Assembly: GCA_038087875.1 (NCBI GenBank)
Contig: CM075996.1
Location: forward strand, 8,124,001 to 8,188,000
Length of the DNA: 64,000 nt
Direction: 5' to 3'
Origin: Malacoraja senta
Lineage: Eukaryota
Below are positions 1-14,480 of this stretch, in pieces. A program made the translations under genes and the position numbers. The notes beneath the pieces were generated by a model. It saw nothing but the letters and a program-made list of their open reading frames with translations, ran no database searches and was not told where the DNA came from. How positions within the stretch are numbered: position 1 is the stretch's first letter; each line of letters opens with the position of its first letter.

Positions 1-496
1 CTAATCCTATTATATTGGACTAATTACAGAGCAAGCATCGGGCTCAAATATCCCCGTTTGAACTACATTATAACTCCATAAATCTGCTATCAGATTGTTT
101 GGAGATCCTGAACGTTTAGCATTTGGCTCACCAGCTGCATTTCTATCGCAAACTTTAAGCCCTGTTCCTGCACTTCTTTTAACCTCATTGGAATCTTTCT
201 TATGCTCCGTTTTCCTCGCGTGAGCCCTGTTCTCATAATCCTTTTAAACTTGTTAAAGAAGGAACTGCAGATGCTGGAAAATCGAAGGTACACAAAAATG
301 CTGGAGAAACTCAGCGGGTGCAGCAGCATCTATGGAGCGAAGGAAATAGGCAACGTTTCGGGCCGAAACCCTTCTTCAGACTGATAGGGGGTGGGGAGAA
401 GAAAGGAAAAAAGGAAAAAGGCGGAGGAGGAGCCCGAGGGCTGGGGGAGGGGAGGAGACAACCAGAGCGCTGATGAAGGGGAGGGGACAGCAAGGG

Positions 497-1372
497 CTAG
501 CAGAATTGGGAGAATTCAATGTTCAAGCCCCCAGGATGTAGACTGCCCAAGCGGAATATGAGGTGCATTTCCTCCAATTTACGGTGTTGCTCGCTGTGGC
601 CATGGAGGAGACCCAGGACAGAGAGGTCAGATACGGAATGGGAGGGGGAGTTGAAGTGCTGAGCCACCGGGAGGTCAAGTTGGTTATTGCGGACCGACCG
701 GAGGTGTTCGGCGAAACGATCGCCAAGCCTCCGCTTGGTCTCACCGATGTAGATCAGCTGGCATCTAGAGCAGCTAATGCAATAGATGAGGTTGGAGGAG
801 ATGCAGGTGAACCTCTGTCGCACCTGGAACGACTGCTTGGGTCCTTGAATGGAGTGGAGGGGGGAGGTGAAGGGACAAGTGTTGCATCTCTTGCGGTTGC
901 AAGGGAAAGTACCAGGGGAGGGGGTGGAATGGGAGGGAAGGGAAGAATTGACAAGGGAGTTACGGAGGGAGCGGTCTTTGTGGAAGGCAGACATGGGGGG
1001 AGATGGGAAGATGTGGCGAGTGGTGGGGTCACGTTGGAGGTGGCGAAACTGACGGAGGATCACTTGTTGTATGTGACGGCTGGTGGGGTGAAAGGTGAGG
1101 ACTAGGGGGACTCTGCCCTTGTTGTGAGTGGGGGGATGGGGAGAGAGAGCAGTGTTGCGGGGTATGGCAGAGACCCTGGTGCGAGCCTCATCTATGGTGG
1201 AGGAGGGGAACCCCCGTTCCCTGAAGAATGAGGACATTTCAGATGCCCTGGTGTGGAACGCCTCATCCTGGGAGCAGATGCGGCGTAGACGGAGGAATTG
1301 GGAGTGGGGGATGGAGTCCTTACAGGAAGCAGGGTGGGAAGAAGTGTAGTCCAGATAGCCATGGGAGTCCAA
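497..1372 (-). CDS. PLE ORF fragment: RT C-terminal/linker region plus GIY-YIG endonuclease (5'-truncated)
   Basis: YLDYTSSHP...SQFLRLRRIC; Cys knuckle PCNRKRCNTC; LIYCISCSRCQLIYIGETKRRLGDRFAEH; terminal PGGLN. Uninterrupted for 291 codons. Confidence 0.88.
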   Translation of the reverse strand: MDSHGYLDYTSSHPASCKDSIPHSQFLRLRRICSQDEAFHTRASEMSSFFRERGFPSSTIDEARTRVSAIPRNTALSPHPPTHNKGRVPLVLTFHPTSRHIQQVILRQFRHLQRDPTTRHIFPSPPMSAFHKDRSLRNSLVNSSLPSHSTPSPGTFPCNRKRCNTCPFTSPLHSIQGPKQSFQVRQRFTCISSNLIYCISCSRCQLIYIGETKRRLGDRFAEHLRSVRNNQLDLPVAQHFNSPSHSVSDLSVLGLLHGHSEQHRKLEEMHLIFRLGSLHPGGLNIEFSQFC

Positions 1373-1776
1373 TCCGCTGCTCTAGATGCCAGCTGATCTA
1401 CATCGGTGAGACCAAGCGGAGGCTTGGCGATCGTTTCGCCAAACACCTCCGGTCTGTCCGCAATAACCAACTTGACCTCCCGGTGGCTCAGCACTTCAAC
1501 TCCCCCTCCCATTCCATATCTGACCTCTCTGTCCTGGGTCTCCTCCATGGCCACAGCGAGCAACACCGTAAATTGGAGGAAATGCACCTCATATTCCGCT
1601 TGGGCAGTCTACATCCTGGGGGCTTGAACATTGAATTCTCCCAATTCTGCTAGCCCTTGCTGTCCCCTCCCCTTCATCAGCCCTCTGGTTGTCTCCTCCC
1701 CTCCCCCAGCCCTCAGGCTCCTCCTCCTCCCCCGCCTTTTTCCTTTTTTCCTTTCTTCTCCCCACCCCCTATCAGT

Positions 1777-1804
1777 CTGAAGAAGGGTTTCGGCCCGAAA
1801 CGTT
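1777..1804 (+). ncRNA. Minimal type-I hammerhead-ribozyme-like motif in the PLE pLTR (mirror copy at 352-379 on the minus strand)
   Basis: CTGAAGA-A-GGGT(TTCG)GCCC-GAAAC-GTT: CUGAnGA box, stem II, GAAA box, palindromic minimal stem III and an NUH triplet. Confidence 0.6.
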
Positions 1805-2433
1805 GCCCATTTCCTTCGCTCCATAGATGCTGCTGCACCCGCTGAGTTTCTCCAGCATTTTTGTGTACCATCCTTTTAAACTTGTTATGTCCCTGTTCTG
1901 CATCCCCTTTGAACTTACCCTGGTTCACTGGAACATTTATGATACAGCTGTGCAACTTTTAAAAAATAATTATCAATGGGCGAAAAATCCAACAGTCCAA
2001 AAAATCTGTCAGTAAAACACATAATTGTCAGGGTGTTGGATTATCAGAGCAAAACTCCACTAATCCTACAGCTATCAACAGGATGAACCTTTGAAAGATT
2101 AGTGGGCACTAGCTTCCTTCAAAGCGATGATTCAATTGTCACATGTACATAGGTACCATGAAATGCTTTATTTAGCATACAACCTAGGAAAATCACAGCA
2201 GACCTTACCAAGGCAGTACCCAAGTGTTGCAAGTGTCGCCACGTTTCTGGCGCTGACAAAGCTACAAAGGTTCACCGAATAGTCCTATTTCCTGCCTGCC
2301 GCCGCACGAGTCAGCACTCTCCCACCCCCCCTTTGTTCACGCCACCCCCTGCCGGGTCCCCCCCCATCATTCCTCTCCCCCCCCCTCCCCCCAATCGCTT
2401 ATCCAGAGTTTAGCAAATGGTCAGATTCCTCAC

Positions 2434-2610
2434 CTGTAACTCTTCCAGCTTCTCTCTAATTTCAATGAATCCGAGGTGAAGTTTCCCACCAAAGTGGTCA
2501 GCAAGGCGTCGATCATTGTCATGAAGACCCAAGTATGCTGAGCACACTTCACAGACCCGCAGTTTCTGTTGCTGGAAACTGGAGGCCGGCATGGAATTCC
2601 GATAAACCTC
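2434..2610 (-). CDS. LUC7L2: LUC7L2 coding exon 6 (EVYRNSMPASSFQQQKLRVCEVCSAYLGLHDNDRRLADHFGGKLHLGFIEIREKLEELQ; zinc finger 2)
   Basis: cctttcgcag|GAGGTT...TTACAG|gtgagg; 177 nt; CxxC...H...H zinc finger 2. EVYRNS and FIEIREKLEEL match LUC7L2. No further exons were found in 1-2433, so the gene continues left of the window. Confidence 0.96.
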
Positions 2611-5023
2611 CTGCGAAAGGAAACAAGGACAAGCCGTGTAACATTCTCTACTTCAGCTGATTTGTTGTCAGCAAGAGAGATCATCTTTACCAAACTGACT
2701 AGTCGGATGCAAACTACTTTTCAAAGCAGAACTTTAAGTTATGCTGCATTTAAATCTCAATCATGAAATATCACTTTTAAAAAAAAGATAGGAACCACGC
2801 AGAATTTCACCTAACTACCTGTTCTGTCTGGGTAGACTTTGTAAGTCCACCGACACCGTTCCAGATTTTCCAGTTTTTGCATACATCTCAAAGTCATATT
2901 GATTGATAGGTTAATTGACTACTGTAAATTATCCCTTATGCAGGTGGGAGAATTAGGATGGAGTAAATGGGCAACGAGAGAGAACAGAGTGCAGGGAAAA
3001 TAATTGAGGAAATGGGATTGAATCTGAAAGGTGGCATTGACTTGATGGACTGCAAGGCCACTTTTGTTGTGATAAGTAATAACAATATCATGGAAGCAGA
3101 ATTAATCTCAAGACAGCAGTGGCAAATTAATGTTGAAAGTTTGTCTCGTTGCATCTTTTCTCCTTCCCACATGCCCAGATGGACGTTCCTTTAGGAAGGA
3201 AATGAGGAGGAATTTCTTTAGTTAATTGCCACAGACGGCTGTGCAGTCAATGGATATTTTTAAGGCAGAGATAGATAGATTGTTGACTAGTACAGTGTCA
3301 GAGGTTATGGGGAGAAGGCAGGAGATTGGGGTTGAGAGGGAAAGATCGAATAGCCATGATTAAATGGCGGAGTATACTTGTTGCGCTGAATGACCCAATT
3401 CTGCTCCTATCATTTGTGAACTTAGATTAAGACATCTCATAAATATAAACCTCTCAAATAAATAAAACAAACAAGTATTGAGAGTGGAACAATATTGTAA
3501 CCATTCAGAAACACGGAACGACAGATGCTGGTTTACACTAAATTACGCAAAGTGCTGGAGTAACTCAGCAGGTCAGGCAGCATCTTTGCAGAAAACGGAG
3601 AGGTGACGTTTTGGGTCAGGAACGTTCTTCAGACTGTAATTGTAGTATTGTCAGCATTGCTATGTCATAATTAATTGTGACATTAAATTTGTTACATCCG
3701 ACAGTACTGTGCCAATATCAACACTTGTTCAGGAATTATCTAATATTTCATTTGTCCTAAGAGGCCTGTATCTGCACAGAAGACACCTTAACTAATCCAT
3801 GATGGCATAGTTATATTTTTCTCTTATTGGGAAATGTTGCAAAAAATGCTAGAGTTGTTATGTTGTTATGTCTCATTTAGAGTGACCCAAATATTAGATT
3901 CAAACAATTATACATCATCTTGCTATTTTCAAATGGCAACTTAAATCTTGTGTTTCATTATCTATTTTCATGCTCTAAATGCTTACCTTGTATTCTGATT
4001 TAAAACAAATTGCAATTTGAAGCTCAATCACGGTAAACTCAGATAAAACATGGGAACAAACTAATCAAATGTAATGCAAATACAATAGATAATTTCCTAC
4101 TAAAAATGCTGCCTCACTGTTAGGTAGCAGTAATAAATGGGGATCTCTTGGGATTCCCAGTTGCAAGCATTTGTCTGTTATATTGCTCATTATGTACTTC
4201 ACAATGTTCCAACCCGAAAATATTAAATAAGGTGATACAGAAAGACCATGACCACCCAGGTTAAACAGCTATTTACCAGCTGCAGGCAAAATAAATAATT
4301 CTGGATAAGAAACAAACATCTAATAAAATTCCTCTCCAGATTTTTTTTGTTGCATTTCCACGTTTCATGGTTTTATCATTTGGGCTGTCTCTCATCCATT
4401 TTGTACTCAACCAAATTCTCTGTCTTTAGTTCCCCTTTCTTTTATTTTTTTAACGCAAAAATTCACACGACAAAAATAGTTAACCTGATCCAAGGCCTAT
4501 GGGACCTGCCTATATGCATCATGGATGGGTATCCATACATTTAGCGTTTTGGGTTAGAGTCATGCTTCGACTGTTTGTGATCTGATTGAGTTTATATTCA
4601 TACCCAAGCAGATCTCTATTTCTATCCAATGGAATATTTATTGTCGCTATTATTACAGTCAAATTTAATACAGTAGAGTCACATGACAGTAAAGATCTAA
4701 AATGCTGATGCCAGAACAGCTGGAGAGGCTCCTAGATTTCATATGGATCTAGATATATTTTACGCTTATCTGAAAGCATAATTGGAGATTCACGTTAACA
4801 TTTCATCTGAAAAATATCTGCAACACTGCAAACTCCCTCAATTGTCTTGCCAGATTACACTGCAAAAGTTTCAGTTTAAACCCTAAACATAGATTTAATT
4901 TCTGATCGCACTACCATTATTCAAGTCTTGGAGGAAATCTTTGTTCATCTAAGCACTGACCATGTATAGGATGTCGTAAAATTGGTGAAGCCTACTTCTT
5001 TTATTAGCACTTTTCCAACAAGA

Positions 5024-5308
5024 GTTTAGTTTAGTTTGGAGACACAGATGGAACAGGCCTTTTGGCCCCAAGTCCATATCGACCACTGATCACCCGTTCA
5101 CATTAGTTCTTTGTTATCCAACTACCTACACATTAGGGCAATTTACAGAGGCCAATTAACCAACAAACCTTGCACGTCCTTGGGATGTGGGTGGAAATCC
5201 ACGCGGTCAACATGCAAACTCCACGCAGACACCACCCAAAGTCAGGACTGAACCCAGGTCTCTGGCATTATGAAGCAGCAGCTCTACCTGCTGCGCCAGG
5301 GTGCTGCT
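5024..5308 (-). mobile_element. HE1-type V-SINE (older)
   Basis: (CTAAA)n tail, V-domain remnant, head GCAGCACCCTGGCGCAGCAGGTAGAG. Further partial copies at ~43240-43325, 53615-53720, 54090-54270, 58070-58240 and 60190-60330. Confidence 0.8.
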
Positions 5309-7153
5309 CAGTAATCTCAAATCAAATGCAAGATAAAGTGTTGACATGTCACTAGCTTGATGAAATATTTGCAGATTCAGCTGTAAACTGCAATCTGAAC
5401 TGAAATTTTTTAGATTATTTGTTAAACACACCATACATGCCAGACACGCGCACACAGATCAAGACCTTGACTTTGATATTCTTTACATAACATCTATGTA
5501 TGCATGCGTCTGTTAGAAGCATCTGATCAATGGCGGCAAAACAAAAGCTCACTAAAATCTGGCAACAGATTTTACTAAATACAAATTGTACCCTTTTCTT
5601 AGAATGATTATAACATAACGCATTTGATCTGTCATTTTACATCAACATTGTGTGGAATATATACAATTACAGAGCACAAGTCAGCCACAGTGATGGTCAT
5701 CCTACCCAGAATGCACTGGAGGAAGGAGAGGCAATGGTGTCCCCCTGGTGATAAAAGAATGCAATGTTACAAGCTAGATTTCTCAACACATCCTTATTCT
5801 CCACAATACTCGACAGGACTGATTTAACATGTAAGATTTATCATTTCTTTTTAAGAACATGGTAGCCTTCAATTACACTTTTACTTGCAACATTGGGCAT
5901 GCCAGGGAGTTACATGGCTGACAATCTTCCTCGATTTGCACACATCATAAAGCTTAAATGGCATTAAAATAACTTACTTAGCATTTTTCTGAAACATAAT
6001 TCAAATAGGGTTCTCTCGGTGTTTTAACTCACTCACTTTGAATTCTTTTGTGCCCAACCACGCAAAACGGATGGTGGTTAGTACAGGCAGCACCCACTTG
6101 TAAACAAGGGAGAACCCTCAGTAAGACAGACACAGAGTGCTGGAGTAACTCAGCAGGTCAGACAGCATCTCTGGAGAGAAGGAACAGGTGACGCTTCGGG
6201 CCTAGACCCTTCTTCAGACTAGGTCCTCATCCCTTAGTCCTGAACGCTCAGTGTTAAGCGGTCAGAGGTAGCTACACTATTAAGTGACCTTCAATTGTGT
6301 GGATTTCTTGTTGGCTGAGTGACCCTCCTAAGTTAGTTATTGTTGTGCCTTCCTGTAATACTGGAACCATCAAATGGTGCCTTTTGTTTCTAAAACGCCT
6401 AAGTCCTTCATGTTTAATGACCCAAGTGGTTTTGTCGGATGTAATGTTTTTAAACCTGTATGCTTCATTTATACAAAACCTCAAGCAGCATTACTTTGTA
6501 AGGAATTCTTTACAGAGACAAGATGGTTTTGTATTCCTTTTTATATGCAAATGCTGATCACTAAAGGAAATAGTCATTAACTTTCAAATGGCAAAAGCAT
6601 GTCCCCAAGAGATAGGGTCATCTTTGTTAAACTACTTAATATCGAGAACCCCAAACACACAGAGCCTAACGCACACACAATTTTCATACAAGTATAAAGC
6701 CAAGATCCCCTGTAGCAAGCTTTTGTGGAAAAAGCCAACCATCCAAAATTAAAACTACTCGAGAAAATAGAGCTTCTATTGAGAAGTTAGCTTTTGTGAA
6801 TAACTGGGAGAGAACTGGGGAAATGAAATCCAATCTGCATGGGAACAAAACTGAAAACCGAGAGTCAACATTGTTGTTCTAGGTTGAGGACGAGCGACAA
6901 ACTACTTCTGTTCTCAGAAATAATGATCACTGATGTGGGCTTCTTGTGATTGACTTTTGGCACAACGAATTAAACAGAGCACATTCAAAATAACTTTCAA
7001 ATGCTTTTAATTATTCAACGGGGAAGTAAGTAAATTTTAACAAGTTTGGTGGTACATTTTATTCTATTAGATCACAGCTTGTAATTCATATTTTTAGAAA
7101 ATTTGAAAAGACTTTGAAAAGAATTTAAATAATCTTTTACATTTCAAATTGTG

Positions 7154-8399
<1,246 letters not shown>

Positions 8400-8571
8400 T
8401 ATATAATAAAAGGACAATTTAATCAAAATCATTCAAATTGAAGGTTTCTTTTCGTGGGGGGGACGGGACGGCGACAGAATTCAAAGTGGGTGAGTTGTAC
8501 ACTTTTACACAATAAAGGAAAAACGTTAAATTGAAGGATAAAGCTACCAGCAATACATGTTTCATCCTTAC

Positions 8572-8715
8572 CTCAGCTTCCCTCTTCTTTGCTCTTGCCT
8601 TCTCAACTTCTTCCATGACTTTTTGGGATTCTTCAACATTTCCTTCAGCTCCCAACTGTTCTGCCTTGGCTAGCAGTTTTCCAATTTCCTCGTTTAGTTC
8701 GTGAACTCGCTCAGC
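8572..8715 (-). CDS. LUC7L2: LUC7L2 coding exon 5 (AERVHELNEEIGKLLAKAEQLGAEGNVEESQKVMEEVEKARAKKREAE)
   Basis: tttctcatag|GCTGAG...GCTGAG|gtaagg; 144 nt; overlaps ORF 8419..8655. Confidence 0.96.
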
Positions 8716-11700
8716 CTATGAGAAATGGCAAATAGCTTCAACATAGTTTTGACGTCTGCATTTTGTTTTCAAACCTTCAGCATGAAGTAAGCACCATGAC
8801 ATTTTTTTTTCTTCTTTTAAACATAAAAACATGTCATCTGTAAACCAGAAATTTCAATTTACTCTTCACACAGTGAGATCATCATTTTCCAAAACTCTAG
8901 AAACTAGGCAATAAGCTGGAGGTATTATGTAAATCATCATTAGAAGATTACATTTTTTGGGGAGATTGATTTAAGAAACTTAGCCTAGATATATTTGAAA
9001 TGGTCACCCTAGAGTAAAGCATTAACAGTGCAAATTCAAAAAGATAGCTCGGATACACAATAGGCGTAAACCTTTAGAGAGAAATGTTACTGCATCCAAA
9101 GCTAACATGACTGGATAACAAAAGCACATTTCAATAGAAAGGCGATGCTTATTATAATAACAGGTGCAAGAGCGTGCAAAATACGTGAAGAAAATTAAAA
9201 TCACATAAATTAATCGCAAAAGCAGATGATGCAATAGTAGCATTAAAAGAGGCATTTATAGAAAGATGAAAGAAAAAATATATTAAAATGAATAATAATT
9301 GCTGAAAGTTAGTAAATAATTTTAAACGCATTAAAGGCTGCTGAAAGAAACAAAGCTATAGGGAGCAGACATTGATCAGTTCTCAATAAATTAAACAGCA
9401 ATACTGGAGAACTGGGGTTTAATGTTCTAATATAATTAAGGGAAGTCGGATAAAACAGGAACTCGCAGGTCAACAAGGCGATTGTAAACCATGATCAAGA
9501 ACTGGAAAGTTGTGGAACGAGGATCAGCAGATGGTCTGCAACAAAGATGAATGGATTTTTGATATGTTGGAAGGCTGAGGATCGATGTATAGCTTTAGAA
9601 TGGCAAAGACATTAATGAAATTCCAATAGGGCAATAAGATCAAAGTGATCGAATTATTCCTAATTTTGTATTATACTATACCGTATAGGTGGTAGCTCTC
9701 TGGCCAGCGAGTCTATGGCAAGAATCAGAGAATTCTGCGAATTCCATTTCAGATTAGGTTGGTTTATTATTGTCATGTACACGAAAGTGCAGTGAAAAGC
9801 TTTGTTTTACCTGCCATCTAAACAGATCATAGATACCATACCTAAATGTAATTGTCAAACTCAATTACAATAGGTAGACCAAAGCAGAAGATAAGAGTGA
9901 AGAATATAGTTTTCAGCATTGTTGTGCATCAAGGGTAGATGTGAATTGGACAGTGCTCTAGCTTATGAAAGGACCATAAGATGCCTGGTAACAGAAGGGA
10001 AGAAGCCTGATAACAGAGGAGTCTGGTGGTTCATGCTTTCAAGTTTCTGTACCCCCACTTGGCGCCCTGTAAACAAATCTCTCATATATGCCCATTCCCT
10101 GTCCCCATCCTCAGTGTGTAACCATCCAGTAATCAATTAATCTAACCACCAACACATCTTTGGGATGTGGGAGGAAGCCACAGCAGTTGAAGGAGAGTAA
10201 TAGGACAAATAAAGAATTGGCAATGATAAAGACAGACATGCACTTGTGCTCAGATGACATTCTGGGAGAAGTTTGAAGAGTTGGTTCCCAAGAGTCAGTT
10301 CAGTTTATTTCTCTGCATTTTCTTTTAAATATAAAGGACAGACTAGGGAATATGGAGCAGCATTAGGTTTGTTTTGCACTATAGTAGGCTTTTTTAATTT
10401 ATTAAACTTTAGTTTGGTTTGTTTATTATGCTATCTATTGAGCACTGTGTTACAAACCTGTTGTTCTACGGCAAGTAAGAATTCCGTAGTTCCGTTTTGG
10501 TACAGAGGACATGGAAATACTCTTGACTCTCCTGATAAAAAGATCTCGATGGAGGATGAGAACTTCACTGAAATGTTGAATCTATAATGGCCTATCTCAT
10601 CATAAATCGAAACTGATAACATGAATGTTATTTTGATAAAGGAAGGAGGAATGTTACCGCAGAAAGATGAAGAGTTATGAACGAAATGCAGGAATGCAGA
10701 GGTAAGTTTAAGCCAAAGGGTTGAACAGCTTCCTTCTGTGCTGTACCTGTTTAACATTCAATGAACACGGTTGAATGCAAAACAATGCAAAGAATTTGAA
10801 AACTAATTTTATTAACAAGATATTGGGCTCCACCATTAATCCTCTCATCTTCACTACCATTCCCCCTCATTTGTAATTTTACTTCGGAGTCACGTGAGTG
10901 ACTACGTGAAGAAGACCCCGTCCAGCCGCACACGCATCATATCGATCAGACGCATAGCGTTCATGACCGTGTGTGGAGTAGCAGGAGCTCCTCCGACCGG
11001 TGAGTAAAGCAAAAGTAAAGCAAGTCGGAAGGTAAGTGGGTTACTTTCACTTACAGGAGCTTTTCCTTCCCGTTCAGACTTGTTGGTGGAGCTCCACACA
11101 AGTTTATTATGGAGAAAGGGGAAGGAGAGGCGGCCAGGGACGCACCGTAGTAAAACCCCAGATCCTAAGGGTAGCGGGCGCCAGTCAGTGGCAGCGAAGC
11201 CATTAACTCCCGTTGTGGTCGAGTGTGCCGCTAAACCGCCGGCGGCGGGGCGCAAGGCTGGACAAAAGTCGGCCCGACCTGTAGACTCGGATGAGTCAGA
11301 CACGGAGGTATACCCTCCTCAGGCAGGAAAGAATATTACACTGCAAGGGTCAAAACTTTAGAACTCCTGATGGGGCAGATGATTTATAAAGAACCCCCAC
11401 AGGAGGATTTAAGTCGGTGTTGGCCAATGAAGTATAGCACAGGGGGTGCCTTGGATGGGACAGGCACAAGGGTGGCCTATAGGAGAGCCATCAGAAATGC
11501 CTGTGCAGAAACATTAAAGTGGTTGGCCTACAGGAGAGCCAGTGCCAAAAAATGCCAGAAAAAAGGCAATATATGTGTTGGTCTATTGGAGAGCCAGTAC
11601 TAGAAATGCCTGAACAAAAGGCAGCACAAACGTGCAATGACAAATGTGCCAGCACCGACAATATAAAGAATAAAAATAATGAAGCGTTGGCCTAGAATTG

Positions 11701-12589
11701 AGCCAGCGCCAGCAGCACCTGGAGCAGGGCTGCCTATCCGTGGGCCTACAAGAGAGCCCGCGCAGGGGGAATCTGGCAGAGACTTACCTGAAACAGGGGA
11801 GCCAGAAATTACCCAACATAAAAATGAATATCTAGATTTAGATGATGATTTATATGAGGACCAGAGCCCATTTTCAGAGCAAAAAATGTTCGAAGGCTGG
11901 CACAAAAGTTTGCTGTTCCCAGAGTAACAGGGGAACCTTTGAGAGAGGAATAGCTATGACTATAAATTATCTACTCTCCCATCAGCCCCAGGAATTAACT
12001 ATGGATGAGACTATCAAAAAATATGAGACCCTGGAAAATGGTAGCAGTTCCAGCAGTGAATAACTTGATATGGGTTATTTGAGCAGTGGTTTACGCTCAC
12101 AAGAATTGAAATTACACTGGTGCTGAAATTGCTGGGGTCAGGCATTAAGGCGTTGCCTGTGGTATTGGATGAAGATTTTATATCGGATTCACAACAAAAT
12201 GCCTTAGCACTCATGTGTAGTGCGCACTTTGAAATAAATTGTATTCGTAAAAATGCAATAAGACCAAATATTCATCCTAAGTATGCAGGCTCTGCAAACC
12301 ATCCAATACACAAATGCCTAAATCTGCTTTTTGGAGAAAAACTAGCAAAGAAACTAAAGGATCACCTATGCTGAGCAGAGCGGTGCAGAGGCAATATCCC
12401 TACAGGCAAAATGCTGGTGCTGGAGAAGGAACAATCCTATCATTCTCGTATACACGTTCACGTGCTGCACCGAGGATACGTGGAGGTTACAATGTGCCCA
12501 CTAGAAGGGGACAACAATTGCCGGTGGCAAACCCCGAGGTAGGGGGGTTTGGTCTGGTAAGAAACACAACAAATGTTTCACACTCACAA

Positions 12590-14480
12590 ATAGGGGGAAG
12601 GTTACGATTCTTCCTAAAATAATGGCAATCAATAACAAATGATTCATTTATTCTATGTAGCATTGTAGGATTCAAATTGAGTTCTCTCCACGTTTGGATC
12701 CTCCAATTCAGCATAATTCAAACTGGTCACGGATTTTCTCAAAGGAAGAGAATAAGTTGATCAAGGGAGAGTTGAAACATTTTATGCAGAAAAGGGATAA
12801 TAGAAATGTCAGTAGAACAACACCATCCGTTTGTGTCAAATATTCTCCTAGGAAAAAAAAAGGGGGGAAAAAAGGATGGTGGATGTAGAATCATTTCAGA
12901 TCTGACAAATCTTAACCTTTATGTACAATAGAAACATTTCAAAATTGAAACATTTCCTAATGCCATTCAGCTGGTCACAAAGAATTGCTACATGGCAAGC
13001 ATAGATCTGCAAAATGCATATTATTCTGTGGCAATGCATGGTAATGATCAAAGATATTTGAAATTTAGATGGATGAGTCAGTTATGGCAATTTAAAGCAT
13101 TGCCCAAATGGCCTGACTACAGCACCAAGATTATTCACTAAATTACTCAAACCAATTTTTAGCTCTGCTAAGAGCTGAGGGCCATGTATTAATGGTTTAT
13201 TTAGATGATATTCTGATTGTGCGGGACACTTTGGCTACTGCAAAGTTGTCAGTATCTAGAGTCAAATACATTTTGAAAAAATGGGTTTCATTATTTATCT
13301 ACAAAAATCAAAATTGTTACCAAGCAAGAACATTGATTACCCAGGGTTCACAATTAACTCTGAACACATGGTAATCACCTTGCCAAAAGAGAAAAGACTG
13401 CAGTTAATTGAAGGTTGCACTAAACTCATAAATGAGGACAAGCCTTTAATTAGAGAAGTGGCAAGTTTGCTGGGCAAATTAATTGCTGGGTTTCCAGCTG
13501 TCAGGTTTGGACCATTGCATTATCAATGTTTGCAGAGGGCTAAGGTACAAGCATTAAAAATTAATACAGGGCATTTTGACAGGCCCATGAAATGAACAAT
13601 TGGAACCATTACAGAAATAGAATGGTGGATTAACAAGGTCTCTAATGCTTCCAGAAAAGTTCTGGTAGAAACACCTTCCGTCATTCTACAGACTGATGTA
13701 AGTGCTCTTGGATGGGCGCAACTAACATGATTTCCAGCTGTGGAGGTAGGTGTAATGTCGAGGTAGGTGTAATGCTCGAAAATTAAGGAATAAATTACCT
13801 TGAGCTGTTAGGAGCATTTCATGGCCTTAAAGCTTATTGCACTAATATGGGAAATGTGCATGTTCAGGTACAGGTTGACAATACTACAGCTGTAGCATAC
13901 ATAAATCACATGCGTGGTATCAAATCAGAATCAGGTGATAGATTGGCAAATTAAATTTGGACCTGGTGTATTGTCAAGAAAATCTGGCTGTCAGCAATAT
14001 ATTTACCAGGAAAATTTAACACAATTGCAGACAAAAGATCACGTAAATTTAATGATAATACAGAATGGATGTTACATCAGGAAATATTTAAGCAAATTGT
14101 AACACGATTTGGAATGCCAAAGATTGATTTGTTTGCATCAAGACTAAACCACCAATTGCCTAAGTATGTGTCATGGGAACCTGATCCTAGTGCAGTAGCG
14201 GTAGATGCTTTCTCGCTACATTGGGGTGATATGTTTCTGTATGCATTTCCTCCATTTTGTTTAAATCAATAGATACATACAGAAAATTAAACAGGACTCG
14301 GGCTCGGGGATTCTGGTGGTACCAGATTGGCCTACACAGCTATGGTATCCACTGGTGTTAAACATAATCAAAGAACCCCTTATGGTTATTCCAAAGCAGG
14401 TGAAACTGCTTGTAAACCCTGTAACTAATGAACCACATCCTTTACATGATCGTATTGGTTTGTTGATTTGCAGATTCTGA
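12590..14480 (+). pseudogene. DIRS RT-RNase H-methyltransferase-like ORF, with frameshifts and stops
   Basis: RT: MASIDLQNAYYSV, FKALP/NGLTTAPRLFTK, VYLDDILI. RNase H: QTD.S..GW, INYLELLG, VDNTTAVAYINH, YLPGKFNTIAD. MT-like: IDLFASRLNHQLP..DAFSLHW..YAFPPF. Confidence 0.88.

Larger units (their letters stand above)
256..1869. mobile_element. Penelope-like retroelement (PLE): two 5'-truncated copies in inverted orientation, flanked by an 18-bp TSD
   Basis: Minus copy 256-~1372 and plus copy ~1375-1869 are near-identical inverted repeats. ATCCTTTTAAACTTGTTA occurs at 238-255 and 1870-1887. Confidence 0.92.

Noticed and set aside
563..1587. 180-aa and 131-aa ORFs opposite the PLE ORF
   Set aside because: Antisense shadows of the GIY-YIG ORF, duplicated by the inverted repeat.
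90..1955. Open frame reconstructed across the PLE empty site (…NQGKFKGDAEQGHNKFKRIMRTG…), and a 29-nt exon-like segment with a GG|GTAAGT donor near 1919-1947, as LUC7L2 exon 7
   Set aside because: No similarity to the expected exon 7 (…VAEKQEKRNQERLKRREERE…) and a poor polypyrimidine tract.
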